In this document: one piece after another, positions 14,629 through 28,045 of the stretch | Position numbering within the stretch: the stretch's first letter is position 1 | How the letters are laid out: each line of letters starts with the position of its first letter | Source: Octopus vulgaris | Lineage: Eukaryota | DNA: 64,000 nt | NCBI GenBank assembly: GCA_951406725.2 | Contig: OX597814.1 | Span: 25,730,001 to 25,794,000 of the forward strand | Reading direction: 5' to 3' | Notes under the pieces: generated by a model | The model's database searches: none | Told to the model about the DNA's origin: nothing | The model's input: the letters and a program-made list of their open reading frames with translations, nothing else | Made by a program: the position numbers and the translations under genes

Positions 14629-16011
14629 TACATATATTTGCATGTGTCTACAAGTGTTTGAATGTACTTACTAAAACAATTACTCCCTATATATCATAGA
14701 CCTTATTAATTCGTTTGAAGCTGGGGGATCACTGCTGTTAGCCTGAAATTCCTTATTTCCAGTTTGTTGTGGTGGCATTTATGCATATATACATTCATAT
14801 TTTTATACATGAGTGTGTGAATGTAATCTTTGTATCCCTGTACATATACGTGTGTGTCCACACATATAGATGTACAGATATATTACATAAATATAGTGAT
14901 GTAAGTTTTCAGATTCTCCCTTATTTTCACCAATCACATGTAACAGTGTTCTATACATCGTCATCATCATCTTTATCATGAATTGTCCATGTTCCAAGCT
15001 GGCAGAAGTAGGATGATTTAACAGGATCTGACAAGTCTGAAGACTGCATCTTGCTCCATTATCTGCTTTGATGTGGTTTCTATAGCTGGATACCCTTCCT
15101 CTCACCAAACAATTTACAGCATGCACTGAGTGCTCTTTTCATGGCAACAGCTCTAGTGCAGCTGGGTAAAATCGATGCCCTTTGACTAAGTGGAGCTGTA
15201 GTAGTTAAAGAGATGGCCTTATGCTAAATGCGGAATTAAAGTATAAGTAAAGGAGAACAGAGAGAACTGAACATGATACTTGTTGTAGTGGAACTATATG
15301 GCTACAAACATTACAGAAGGAAAGGTGGAGGTGACCAAGTGTAGCTGGAAAATTTTTAAATTGTGGATGAGGTGTCAAGGTGAAGCTTCAAGGTATAAGG
15401 TGAACAGAAGTGAGTGAGAATATGAAAAATAGGGAGTGCAAGTGAATAGAGATTGCAAGAATGTATGGGAAAGACTGGTGGTTAGAGATGAAGAATGGGT
15501 GATGAAGTGAATATAAGCAGAACAAGTGTTGAAGGGTGATAAGTAGGGGAAGGGTAGCAGAAGAGTAGGTGACAATTGTAAAAATTTGGTGGGGTTGAAA
15601 GATGGATGTAGTGAATGGCAGATAAGAGGTGGAAGCAACCAATTATATATATATTTGTGAATTGGGGAAATGGTTGGAACTAAGAAATGAGTAACAATGC
15701 AGAATAGTGATAATGGTACAGCAGACAAGAGAAAAATGAGAAAGGATGAGAGAAAAGGAGGGAAAGAGAGATTATGTGTGATTGAGGGCAATCAATATAA
15801 AAGGTAGGTATTTAGAAGGAAAGAGGGTTATTGAGTAAAATTATTCTAGGCAGTAAATAGGATAAGTGGTATAAAGGAAAGCTACTGTAGTATGCAGTTC
15901 TAGTCACATTTAATTACAGTGGCAGAATACTACACTTTGAGAGATGATGGGTGGTGGAAATGTCTCAAGGGGTAAATTGGATGGGGTCCAGTTGTACTTA
16001 TATATATATAT

Positions 16012-16352
16012 AGGCACAGGCATGGCTGTGTGGTAAGAAGCCTGCTTTCCAACCACATGGTTCCAGGTTCAGTCCCACTGTGTGTCACCTTGAGCAAGTG
16101 TCTTCTACTCTTGTGTCGACCAAAGCCTTGTGAGTGAATTTTGGTAGATGGAAACTGAAAGAAACCCATTGTATACACATGTATATATCTATGTATGCAC
16201 GTGTGTCTTTGTGTCTGTGTTTGACCTCCCCACTACCACTTGACAACCAGAGTTAGTCTGTTTACATCCCTGTAACTTAGCAGTTCAGCAAACAAGATCG
16301 ATTGAATAAGTACCAGGCTTTAAAAAAATTAAAGAGTACTGGGGGTCAATTC
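16012..16352 (+). mobile_element. tRNA-headed SINE family A
   Basis: ggcacaggcatggctgtgtggtaagaagc...ggttcagtccc (A/B boxes), body shared with the 4596, 25200 and 58008 copies. Confidence 0.85.
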
Positions 16353-16629
16353 ATTTTTTCTCAAGTTCTCTGCATTCAAACACCATATCTCACAACCATG
16401 TGTCATTGCATTTCTCAACAAGGCTTAAGACAATCTGACTCACCATACCTAAATACTATATAATGAAGCTACAGTTATCTGCAAATCTCATTAAATACAT
16501 GGATTTTTTTCTTGACTTGGACACTGGCCCTCTCTGAGGAAATAACAAGGGACCAGGAGATGTGACAATTTGTTGTACTTGAAAAGATACATCAAGCTAA
16601 GAAAAGTTGCTGTCTTCCATACATACAGG

Positions 16630-16893
16630 CTTCTCCTTTCAGGTGCCAGTGCCACATAAAAAGCACACGTGCTGGTGCAGCTTAGGCACATCCATGCTGA
16701 TGGCACATAAAAAGCACCCAGCACACTCTGTTAAGTGGTTGGTGTTAGGAAGGGCATCCAGCCATAGCAACCACGTCACAATAGACAATTGGAGTTTGGC
16801 CAGCTCCCAAGCCAGCCAGCTTTATATCAAACCGTCCAACCCATGTCAACATGGAAAACCGGACACTAAACGATGATGATGACGATGATGATG
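16630..16893 (+). mobile_element. RTE 3' tail or SINE with (GAT)n end
   Basis: taaaaagcac repeats, ttaggaagggcatccagcc, ccaacccatg...aaacgatgatgat. Confidence 0.7.
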
Positions 16894-17558
16894 AATTTAA
16901 CTGATGTACATTTTGTCTATTATTTTAAGGAGAGCATATATCTATATGCTTAGGCACGGTATGAACAAATGATTTTTTCTAACCACATAATGTCTGTGAA
17001 ATTTTGTTCACAGAAACTGTAAAGGATCCCATAGGTGGATTACATTTGTAATTCAGCTGGTAGAGCCTTGTTACACACTGTATTCACTGTAGCATACTGA
17101 TTCTGTCTGAGAATTACATTAAAGGTACAAGTAACTGTAGAATGCTCAGCCATCTGTATGTTAATTCAGGAGCAAGTAACTGAGTCCAAACAAATGAATC
17201 TTCATCAGTGAATGACAGAGACCCAAAATATCTATCTATACAAGGCATTACTGCCCAAGTTAATGAGAGAATCTCTGTGTCATCACTCAACCAGTGAGAA
17301 ATAGCTATCCAGTCTCTCTCATATTGTGTGTGCTTTTAAGCAAAAAATTACTACATCTAGTAACTCTACACCATGTTTTTACATACTGTGAGCAGTAATT
17401 AAAAGGAATAGCAGCGACAAAAGCATCCAGCAGTAAAACACAACCTTAGAAACCCTATCCAACCATTGATAGAATAGAAAATCACATGTAAAGTAATAAC
17501 AGTGTAATACTGATGATGATGGTAGCAGTGATGATGATATAGCAATTAGCCATATCAA

Positions 17559-17791
17559 AGGTGGTGAGCTCACAGAATCGTTAGCACGCCGGGCGAAATG
17601 CTTAGCAGTATTTCGTCTGCCATTACGTTCTGAGTTCAAATTCCGCCGAGGTCGACTTTGCCTTTCATCCTTTCGGGGTCGATTAAATAAGTACCAGTTA
17701 TGCACTGGGGTCGATATAATCGACTTAATCCATTTGTCTGTCTTTGTTTGCCCCCTCTGTGTGTAGCCCCTTGTGGGCAGTAAAGAAATAT
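17559..17791 (+). mobile_element. tRNA-headed SINE family B (young)
   Basis: gagctcacagaatcgttagc...gagttcaaattccgcc, central gcctttcatcctttcggggtcgat. Near-identical inverted copies at 36921 and 60650. Confidence 0.85.
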
Positions 17792-20700
17792 AGCTATTAG
17801 CCATAGGTGGACAAAATTGTAATGTAGATGTGATGAGAATCAAAGAAGATTTGAGACCAGTTAGGAAGACACATACTTTTCTGTTCACAGCGGAAAATGA
17901 AGAAGACAAAGTTATATGGTAACATTTGTTAAAACACTGTGATGTTTCTTCTGTGTTGTTAAACAGCTTCACCTAGCATCATACTACAGGTGTTGCCATG
18001 AATAATTAATTAATTTAAATAAAGAAAATCATATTAGAATATATAATTCTAGATAATATTATGAACAGGGGTGGTCATGGATGGAACACATGTAATCCTG
18101 TTTGATCATGATTGGCCTGAGACTAAACAAAGCACTATCTCAAATTTTATGGGAAAATGTTTAATTGTAAAGGAAAATGTAAAAACTAAAATGAAAACAA
18201 AAATAGTAACTATAAAATTATTTCAGTAGGTACACCAATCAAAGTGAAATATCATTTCATGAGTATTCCACTAAAGAATTGGTTGCATGCTTGATTCATA
18301 TAACTGGTGATGGCTTTTGGAGCTCATATTTCATGTGTCATTTGCTATCAGCTGGAGACTACTTGGGAGGTTACTTAGCTATAGAAACTTGTTCAGTTTA
18401 ATAAAGCTAATGAATAGAGCTGTCTAATAAAATGCAATTATTTCATGACAACAACAACAGCAACAATAACAACAACAGCAACAACAACAACCAAGTGTTT
18501 ATTTGAAGCCAGTTCTGTTGGCTGTCAAATGCAAATGTAACATGCGTTGGTATTGCTCATAACTTGTATCTTATTATAAGCTGGCAATACATAAATGTTA
18601 ATTTTCAGGAATTTATTATGGAATAGAGTGAGATTAAGGAAACTTGTGTGGAGATGGATTTACCTTTTATTGCACCTCCACCATATCCTCATCATCACAA
18701 CTAATGATTAGAGTCACTACTATGAAGACACACTCCACTCTTTCATCACTACAACTCCCCAGAACATGAATAATTACAGTCCCTATCACAAAGTTACACT
18801 TCATCACCACTACCACCACCACATAATCATCATCGTCATTGCTGTTGTGGCCATCATCATCACCAGCACAAAGACAATGATTATAGTCATTAGTACAAAG
18901 TCACACTGCATCATTATCATTCATCATTATCACAACCACAAATATCAATATTTATATTCACTACTATAATGTCACACTGTTACATCATCAGTGTCATCGT
19001 CATTATCATCAGCCATCTCATCCTCCTCCTCATCATTTTCATCACTACCACAATATTATCACAACCATTACCTTATTAATTTTCACCAATAATATCCATC
19101 TCTCATGTACTTGAACTTCCACAAGCCTACTGCTTATCAATGTAGCACATTATAGTACCCAGCTAAGTAGAAAAGCATGATACCTCTTAAACAAGACATC
19201 AGTGAATTTTGCCACCTTGCTAGACTATCTATTATATATCTGTCTAACCAAAAGTGCCTCAGGCTAAACAACATCAACATCACCTCTTCAACTACTTCAA
19301 ATACATTCATTGCCATCACCAGCATTTTTACACGTTGACATCATCAGGCTCAACTTCACTAACATCAAAGCCAGATTAAGGCCAACTGATGCCTCAGGCA
19401 CAGCCCAACAGTTTTACTCTTTCTCCTCAAGTCATTGTGTGACTGATAAGTTGTAAAGGCATAATTAATATTGAATGTGAAGTAATACATTAAAAATTGT
19501 TTTCTTCCAGGTTCACCCATATCTTCATGGCTAGCAATGCCCAATAACCTGTTTGTTCAATTTTGATTATCTAACATTAAATAACAGTAAGCATCAGAGA
19601 TACATTATTTACTTACAACAAGAACAACAGGAGAAAAATGTTAATTTTTCCAAATTTTTATTAATTCATAAGTAAAATTGTTATAATTTACTAATTGCCA
19701 TAATAATTGCATCAGTGGAAAAATAAATACTGTTTTCATTTGTACCCTGAGCACATGTTTATATTAATAGTTTAATCCAGCTCAGACTGATACCATTCCC
19801 AACCCAGAATAACCATTATTGATCTCAATTGTATGCTTTTGGTAACAGAAAATTAACACAGTACATTTTAAAATTAATAATCTACCAAGTATTTCATTGA
19901 TATTTTTGAGTGCAAGAGACAACAAATATCACGACACTGAGACATTAAAATACATTGCTATAGAAAATATTGAGCTTACCCAATGCCCCTGAATACCAGG
20001 ATATAATAATTTATCAGCCTTTATGAACATTAAATTATGATGATGACAACGATGACAATGACAACAACAACGATGATGAATAATCCTAATTTGGTAAAAC
20101 ATTTTGAATAGTAAGTGGATCAACTGATTACTTATTAAAACTGAAGATTTATATATATGTAGGGGGCAATAGGTTTATGAAGTTTATTGGCTTCAACTTG
20201 GAACTGAAATGGACTAGACTCACCTGGATGACTCAATTAGAGATGCTTTGATCCAAACAACTGTAACAATTCAAGCCCATTGGAAAATGAAAGTATGTGC
20301 TGAAGATATAATGCATACTTAAAATATTGCCCACATTACATTTTGCAGAAACATAATACCAGAAATTTAACAGGCAAAAAGAACTGTAATAATACTTGTA
20401 GCTTAGTTGGAGAAAATTGTAAAGTGTGAAACAAAAATTCATTCATAATCTAAATTTAGATTACAAGTGATTTTGGTATGTTAAATAATTTTTAGTTTTA
20501 CTAGAATCATAGGACTAAATTACTAATTTATATAGCTTTCATTATAATCTCAGTGATCACTTCTTCTTTTTTTTTTTGTTTCCCTTATATTCTTCTATTC
20601 TTTAGCTACATCCCAGCTCATGCAATTCAAGCAAGGGCTAAAATGATGATCATATAATTACTGATATTATATTCTCTTTAATCTGAGCCTAAAATATTTC

Positions 20701-22079
20701 TTTACTGTAAGATTAAATATGATTACATGAAATGAATTTATAAATTCATGTAGTTTTGGTAATTTTCTTTCTTGTGTGTTTGTGCTTTGCATTATACTAC
20801 AGCAATATAAAGAGATCAAAATGTGATCACTTTACATTGAAGTACTTCTACAATAATACAACTATGCTTTCACATTTCAAAACTTCTTTTCACAATCAAG
20901 CGTGTATAGAATACGATACACTTTCTTCAACATTATTTTTCTTGTTTCCTGGTTATATTTTTATACTCACAGGGTGAATTATTACAAGAGTGATTGATCA
21001 GGCCATTAACTAAAATGCTACATATGTAAAAACAGAATAAAATGAGGTTAATAATTCAATCAATCCAAACTACTTATGTGTTTTATAGTTTTGTTTGTAG
21101 TCTTTTTTTCTTCTGCAATCTAGTATGAAATGGAACAGATGTTTCATGGTAACTGAATACCATTACTAAGAGTATCCACTACATATTCTCACAGAATTGG
21201 CATCCACTTTCTATCTAGACAGGATATAGTTGACAAAAGAACACAAAACTTGTAAACAAACACAAAACCTTATACTGCAGACAAAATTTATACCCATGAC
21301 CTATAGGGAGATGGTCTCAATACCAGCAAATAATCACTTACTACTTGTTCCCATTAATATCTCTTCCAATATCTTTTAAAGAAATACAATGGTTGTTCAT
21401 AAATATATAGAAGCATTATTAAGCAAAGAAGAAAAAAAACAGCTATATAATATCAAGCAGCTGTTGTTTGATATCTCTATTGCTTACAGTTATTAAGGCA
21501 GGCAAAACTACTGCTAGTTTTATTTTCATCATTTATGGACTTCGAAGATTTTCTTTATATTAGATATTATCATAAATATTGGTTCATACTTTGATTGAAT
21601 TAAGCATGAAATGTTTTACCATTACCCTCCAGAGAAACATGGAGACACCTATCAAAGGAGAAAAAAAAGATGGTTGCTATCAAAATTATTCAATTTATGG
21701 TAATTTGAAGATTTGATTATTTTTACAAAGAAATCTGTTAATAGAGAAAGAGCAATCAAAGAATAATAGTATACTGAACAGTAAAGATTTATATATACAT
21801 AAATGTGTGTGTGTGTGTCTGATTTACACATACTATACATACATATATATGTGTGTGTGTGTGTGTGCACATATAACCACATATATATATATATATAAGT
21901 TATACAGATACATAAATATCTATATGTATGTATATATGCATAAATAAATAGATTTAATGTTTTTATATATAACTTCACAGAAAAACAAACATTAATACAT
22001 ACACAAATATACATACATATATATATATACACAGATAGATAGATACTACATACATACATCCATGCATACATACATATAC

Positions 22080-22110
<31 letters not shown>

Positions 22111-22202
22111 TGTATGTATGTATGTATGTATGTATGTTTGTATGTATGTGCGTATGTGTGTTTGTATGTATATGCCCTGTTGATTTCAAGCACTGCAACT
22201 GG

Positions 22203-23522
22203 GGGATCGAGTTCGTTTGGTTGCCAGCATTTCAAAAAGCGAAGTTTATCGAACATTTTAAAGTTTGGCGCAGTAATATACTTTCCCAAGCTGAATTGCT
22301 GGAGTTACTTCACTTTTCCTAGAAAAATGTTTTGAAAAAGTTATAGGGGTTTAAAGTTTGATCATTTTCACCCAGTCAGGAAACAGGATTTGGAAGTTGT
22401 CATTTTTTGCGTGACTGCATAATTTGTCTTCAACATCCTGAAAGCACGTGTTGTCGATATTTGTGAACAACACGTTTTGTAGTTTGCAGCATTCAATATG
22501 CATTTAATGCGATAGCCCGAGCTTTATCCAAGAAACGTTATTTAGCGCTCCCCACAAATAGTTTTAATACAATTTTAACAGAAAGACTTGGAAGAATTAG
22601 ATGGTAGTTCTCCAATAATTTTCTTTCGTGTAAATAAATGTTTATGTTAATTAAAAAATTTGCTAGCAAAATCTTATAAAATAACAATGTTCTAAAAGAT
22701 ATAGATGTCTATATGTTATATATGAAAATTAAAGTGTGAACGAAATATGCTTAAGAACAACATTTAAGCATGCAATAAGCAACAAATTACAAAATATTTT
22801 TTTAATTAAAAACAAAAGTTAGAAATACATTCAATCAATTTCTCAAACAAATCACAATTTTCGTATCTCCTGCACTACATAAATCCATGGAGATATAAAT
22901 CTTCCATAGAACGGTGAGTGCCACAGCGTTATTACCTCGCTTCACAGAGGGGCACGTACTCTCCACTTGTTGAGTGTGGGTACCATCTTTCGAGCTGACA
23001 AAAAAAGAAGGAGTAAACAACACATCTTTTGTAGTTTTAAGCATTCAACATGCATTTAATGCGATAGCACGAACTTATATTTATCTAAAAACATAATAGC
23101 ACATTACAAATTAAATATTATTGAATAAAACAAACATTTTGTTGACTAGTTCATTGAAAACGAAAGTTAGAAATGCATTCAATCAATTTCTCGAACAAAT
23201 CACAATTTTCATATCTCCTACGCTACATAAATTCACATGCTTAATTGTCAACAGATAGGTAAAATAAGTGGTTTCAATGTATTTGTCGTTAAGTGCTTTC
23301 TCGTAGACAAAAGAGTTCTCATGTTCTGCTTGTTACTATGGAAACAGGCATGAATATGTCTGTGGCTTACGATTGTCTAAAATTGCCAAAATTTTCAAAC
23401 TTTAATTGCTAATAACTCTTTGTTTATTGATTTATAGCAAAAATAATTTTCACGTCATTCATTAGCCAATAAAAGTGTATCATTACACTGAATATGAAAT
23501 CAATTCGAACAGACTAGATCCC
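22203..23522. mobile_element. non-autonomous TIR DNA transposon with 6-bp TSD (AACTGG)
   Basis: AACTGG (22197-202) | GGGATCGAGTTCGTTTGG ... CGAACAGACTAGATCCC | AACTGG (23523-28). Internal direct repeats 22489/23040 and 22808/23157; CpG-richer than flanks. Confidence 0.6.
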
Positions 23523-24579
23523 AACTGGACTCACATGAATTCGTTCTTAAATTGAGCCACTAAACTCTCTACTTCCCTAACTACATACATACACCACCTC
23601 ACTTCCCAGAATGTTCCTTACACCTTATCCTGGTCTGTAGATCGTGGGACTTCTCTGTAGAATACTAACCTCCATGTTTGTAAGTTGTGTTGCAGGGAAT
23701 TGCTCACTATCCTTCACCGTCACAATACCTCAATACATTCTCTGACATGATCTGTAAGCACAAATTTTATTCTACTTTTACCCACTACGTAAAGTCTTTA
23801 TAATTTCCACTAATCGTTGTGTAGCCCTTATTATTTTTGCTAGTCGCGTCTTCTTTCTCCATTCTTTTTATACCATTCTCTCCTTCCCGGCATATCTTCC
23901 TCCTCCACTACTGCCACCCCTTTCTTTCGATCATTGCTTACCTCTTCCTGTGTCTCTGTACATTCAGCTACCATCCAAATTGATTTTAAGTCTGCTTAGC
24001 GAGATTCCCGATCACCAGCGATGCTCCCTTTCACCAAACTTTTACTTTCTCCCCTCGTCTCTGCGTTTCATCTATTCTACCTCTGTTAATTCCCCCTATT
24101 TTATAGAAATCCTCCTCCATTTCCCTGCTTTATGTTTTTCTTCCTCTCTCCCTTCAACTCTTTGGCACTACTATTTAGACTGCTTTTGCCAACTTTCTCT
24201 TGGTGAAGAGAGCCAGACTTATGGTAATATGTCCGTGTGAACTTTTACTGGTTACATAGCCAATCCTTTTTTGCACATTCCATCTGCAAATTATGAACAT
24301 TAAGATTATTAGGTAAATCTGAGTTACGTGAAATTGTTGACTACTTGAGGAATAATCTCTTCTCTTCTTAGTATTCTGTATTTTTATGCTCTAAGTAAAT
24401 ATATGTGTATGCGTGCGTGTGTGTGTGTGTGTATATCTGTATAGGTGTTTATCGTACTGAATATATATACATATATGTGTCTATGTGTATCTATATATGT
24501 ATCATGTATATATGTATTTACATATATATATATGTCAAACCTAATTGTGTCTGCATTGCTACCTCTCTCAATATATGTA

Positions 24580-24623
<44 letters not shown>

Positions 24624-24649
24624 TGCGAGAGAGAGAAAGAGAGAGAAAG

Positions 24650-25170
24650 TGAGTATAAATCCAGAAAAACGGAGTAAGAACGTAACGGATGACAATGAAA
24701 ACATACGGACTAATGGACGATACAAAGACGAATAGAAAAACCAGGACGGAACATTTGTGGCTATTTATTCATCAGTCAAGCTTCCAATAATCACTACAGT
24801 TTTGGCCTGTTACACTTCAGACTGTTCAAAATTGGTAGGCCCCAAAAAGCTAAGGGATTAGAAAGCAAGTGAATATGTGCAACAACACGGACAAGGATCG
24901 AGAAAATGGAGAAAATGTTACAAGATTACAAATACAAACAAGAATAACAACAGGTGTCTTTCGACTAAAAGGACAAGTCGGGTTGAGCTGGCGTGTGAAG
25001 TGGAAGCCTTATGGCAACAAACATATATGAAAGTCAGGAGACAGGAAAATAAGGTGTTGTGCGAGTGGCGGTCAGGCTAAGAAAGAAAGATCATGCTTGG
25101 CCGAGCACCAAGCATGTGGGAGGAACAGAGACAGGTAAGGGTCAGAGGGATTGAAGAATTAAAGAAGAAA
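24650..25170 (-). mobile_element. probable decayed Penelope-like pLTR fragment
   Basis: Sits between (GT/GA)n and (TA) tracts; the minus strand has HHR half-motifs (CTGATGA at 24769-75, gac...gtcGAAA near 24958-80). Confidence 0.35.
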
Positions 25171-25199
25171 CTATAGATATATGTACATACATACATATA

Positions 25200-25600
25200 T
25201 AGGTGTGGCTGTATGGTAAGAAACCTGCTTCTCAACCACATGGTTTCAGGTTCAATCTCACTGTATGTCACCTTGGGCAAGTATCTGCTACTATAGCCTC
25301 AGGCTGACCAAAGCCTTGTGAGTGGATTTGGTAGATGGAAGCTGAAAGAAGCCTATTTTATATATGTGTCTGTATTTATGTGTGTGTGTGTGTGTGTGTG
25401 TGTGCTTGCCCCACCCCCACCATCACTTGACAACTAATGTTGGTGTGGTTACGTCCCTGTAACTTAGCAGTTTGGCAAAAGAGACCAATAGAATAAGTAC
25501 TAGGTTTAAAAAGAATAAGCCACGGGGTCAATTTCTTCAACTAAAACCCTTTAAAGTGGTGTCAGAGTCAAATGACTGAAACAAGTAAAAGAGTAAAAGA
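25200..25600 (+). mobile_element. tRNA-headed SINE family A, near full length
   Basis: ggtgtggctgtatggtaag...ggttcaatctc head; tail atgactgaaacaagtaaaagagtaaaaga. Confidence 0.85.
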
Positions 25601-25623
25601 ATATGTATATATATATATATATA

Positions 25624-25860
25624 TCATCATCATCGTCGTCGTTTAACGTCCGTTTTTCCATGCTGGCATGGGTTGGACGGTTCAACTGGGGTCTGGGAAG
25701 CCAGGATACTGTACCAGGCTCCAGTCTGATCTGGCAATGTTTCTACAGCTGGATGCCCTTCCTAACGCAAACCACTCTGAGAGTGTAGTGGGTGCTATTT
25801 TTATGTGCCACTGGCACAGGGGCCAGAGGAGTCTAGCATCGACCACAATTGGATGGTGCT
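25624..25860 (-). mobile_element. RTE 3' tail or SINE with (GAT)n end
   Basis: Reverse complement of the 881-1251 family. Confidence 0.75.
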
Positions 25861-26906
25861 GATCCATCATGGCATCTGATGATGTGGCTTTTTAAACCAG
25901 ACAATGTATTGAAAATACACCCACATAGATTTGCATATCTAATTTGGACCACCAAGAGTTGAAGTTAAGTTCTAATTTTTGTGGATCTTAAAATGTCTTT
26001 TGAGGCCTCTGTTAGATTTGCAGGCATACATTGCATTGAAAGGTGTGCACAGATATATAGGTAGAGTAGCTGGTGGAGGCTTGATATATATATATATATA
26101 TACGTATGTATGTAAGTATGTATGTATGTATGTATGTATGTATTATGTATGTATGTATGTGGACAAATGAAAGGAATGGGCACTCACCACATTTAGTAGG
26201 AATTACATGTATTATTTAAAAGAGTTTGATTCGGTCCTGTGCAACTTCAAGTTTTGCTCCCCTAATGGGAGCCCATCTCTATCAGTCTTAAGACTACCAA
26301 TTCAGCAATATTGTCAACACACCAACAATTACTGTCAATGCACTAGCACTGACTTCCCATGCCAAGTGCCATATCATGTATGCTGTTGTCACACCACATG
26401 GCTATAACTGATACTAGTACAACATATCTCAACTAACCACAGTTTCTAATATATTTAATGCATAAATAAATTAAAGCAAAGCCTTTTGTTACAACACATT
26501 AGAATGGACTGTTGATAATAACACATTTCTCCATGTGCTTTGATCATTTTCTTTTTTCTATTTGAGAATAAAAATTTTTCCAAGAATATTGTAGGATCAT
26601 TAAACAATCTATGTTAGGCAATGCAATACCATTTCTCTTTGTTTTCATTCATTGACATCATCATACATATTTTGCTCTACTCTCTGTAAACTCTGTAGAA
26701 TGGTTGGCATTAGGAAGGGCACACAGCAATAGAAACTTCAGAAATTGGAGTCTGACACACTCCTTTGACTTGTAACTTTTCAAACCAACTAACCCATGCT
26801 AGTTTGGGACACAAACAACAGACATTTAATGTAGATGAAGCCACATATCTATACATATATACAAATTGACAGACAGACGTTATATACATACACACATATA
26901 TGTATA

Positions 26907-26941
<35 letters not shown>

Positions 26942-27140
26942 GTAGGTCCCGGGTTGATTCGGGGTTAACCACAGTAAGTAAGGTACTCAATACATAGCAG
27001 AGTAAAATTAATTTATTATATAGAAGGAGCTTCTACAGGACTAGTACTGTTTCATTCAAGAGAAATCTTCAGGAGCTTCCTGAAGATTTCTCTTGAATGA
27101 AACAGTACTAGTCCTGTAGAAGCTCCTTCTATATAATAAA
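26942..27140. mobile_element. minimal Penelope-type insertion in (TA)n: perfect 63-bp inverted repeat plus ~70-bp tail
   Basis: Arms 27012-27074 and 27078-27140 are exact reverse complements with a 3-nt spacer; TA tracts on both sides; contains an HHR. Confidence 0.75.
27074..27124 (+). ncRNA. type I hammerhead ribozyme
   Basis: agcttc CTGAAGA t-ttc-tctt-gaa-t GAAA cag-tactagtc-ctg TA gaagct: 6-bp stem I, intact core, stem III, GUA cleavage site after 27118. A mirror copy lies on the minus arm. Confidence 0.8.
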
Positions 27141-27174
27141 ATATATATATATATATATATATGTATGTATATAT

Positions 27175-27285
27175 CAAGAAAATAAGACAAGGTAGAAAAT
27201 GCTAAAATAATTTTTTATCATGAAGAAAATGTTATTAGCGGTTTCAGTCTTTGCAACTTTTTCAAGAGTAAAGCCTGAAAAACAA
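27175..27285 (-). mobile_element. decayed Penelope pLTR 3' end with degenerate U3-A8 HHR
   Basis: Minus strand TTGAAAA agtt-gcaaa-gact GAAA ccgcta, then aattattttagcattttcta, similar to the 50742-50832 end of the large element. Confidence 0.6.
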
Positions 27286-27287
27286 TT

Positions 27288-27319
<32 letters not shown>

Positions 27320-27433
27320 TGTTGTGTAATGCCCGCTTTCCATGCTGGAAAAATGAAATGAAATGTTCTTTAAAATATTTCCATATATACATATATATAT
27401 ATATATATATACAGACATGAATGAAGTATATAC

Positions 27434-27487
<54 letters not shown>

Positions 27488-27599
27488 AACACAGACATGA
27501 CAGAAGTAAATAGACATGACATAAAATGTCATCTTATGTTTATTCTAACTTGAAAAATATTTATATTGTTTTCTAATTGACATTTTTATGTTTCAGGTT

Positions 27600-28040
27600 C
27601 TGTATGTGACTGTTTAATCATGCCACATACAAAAGAAGCCTTTTAGGACTGTCTGAATTTCAAAGAAGCCATATTCTGGGTCAGTCTGAAGGTGGACTTA
27701 GTCAACATAAAATCGCAGAAAACATTGGGATCCCACTTTTAACAGTTGAGTGATTGTGTATGTAATTCACCAGAGAGGGGGAGAAGTTCACATCACTTTG
27801 CCCAGGTTGACCAAGACTCTCTGACCGGACCCTTCGCTTTGTTAAGAGAAGTGTGGAGTATAATTCTTATTGCAAGTCCTCTGACATAGCAAAACATGTT
27901 AATGTCAGTCTCAGAACAGCTGTTAGGTATTTTTACAAATTTGTCTACTATGGCAGAGCAGCAAGATGGAAGCCACTTCTTCAACCAGCAAATATGAAAT
28001 GGAGAAAGATTGGGCCTGTGAGACGGTGAAGTGGTCACTA
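27600..28040 (+). mobile_element. Tc1-type transposase N-terminal remnant
   Basis: [32 protein letters not shown] (HTH) and YGRAARWKPLLQPAN (ARKKPLL motif); frameshifted. Confidence 0.75.
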
Positions 28041-28045
28041 GCATT

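Noticed and set aside
16012-16085. tRNA-like sequences at SINE heads (also 17559, 57400)
   Set aside because: A/B boxes only, no full cloverleaf, and each continues into a repeated SINE body.
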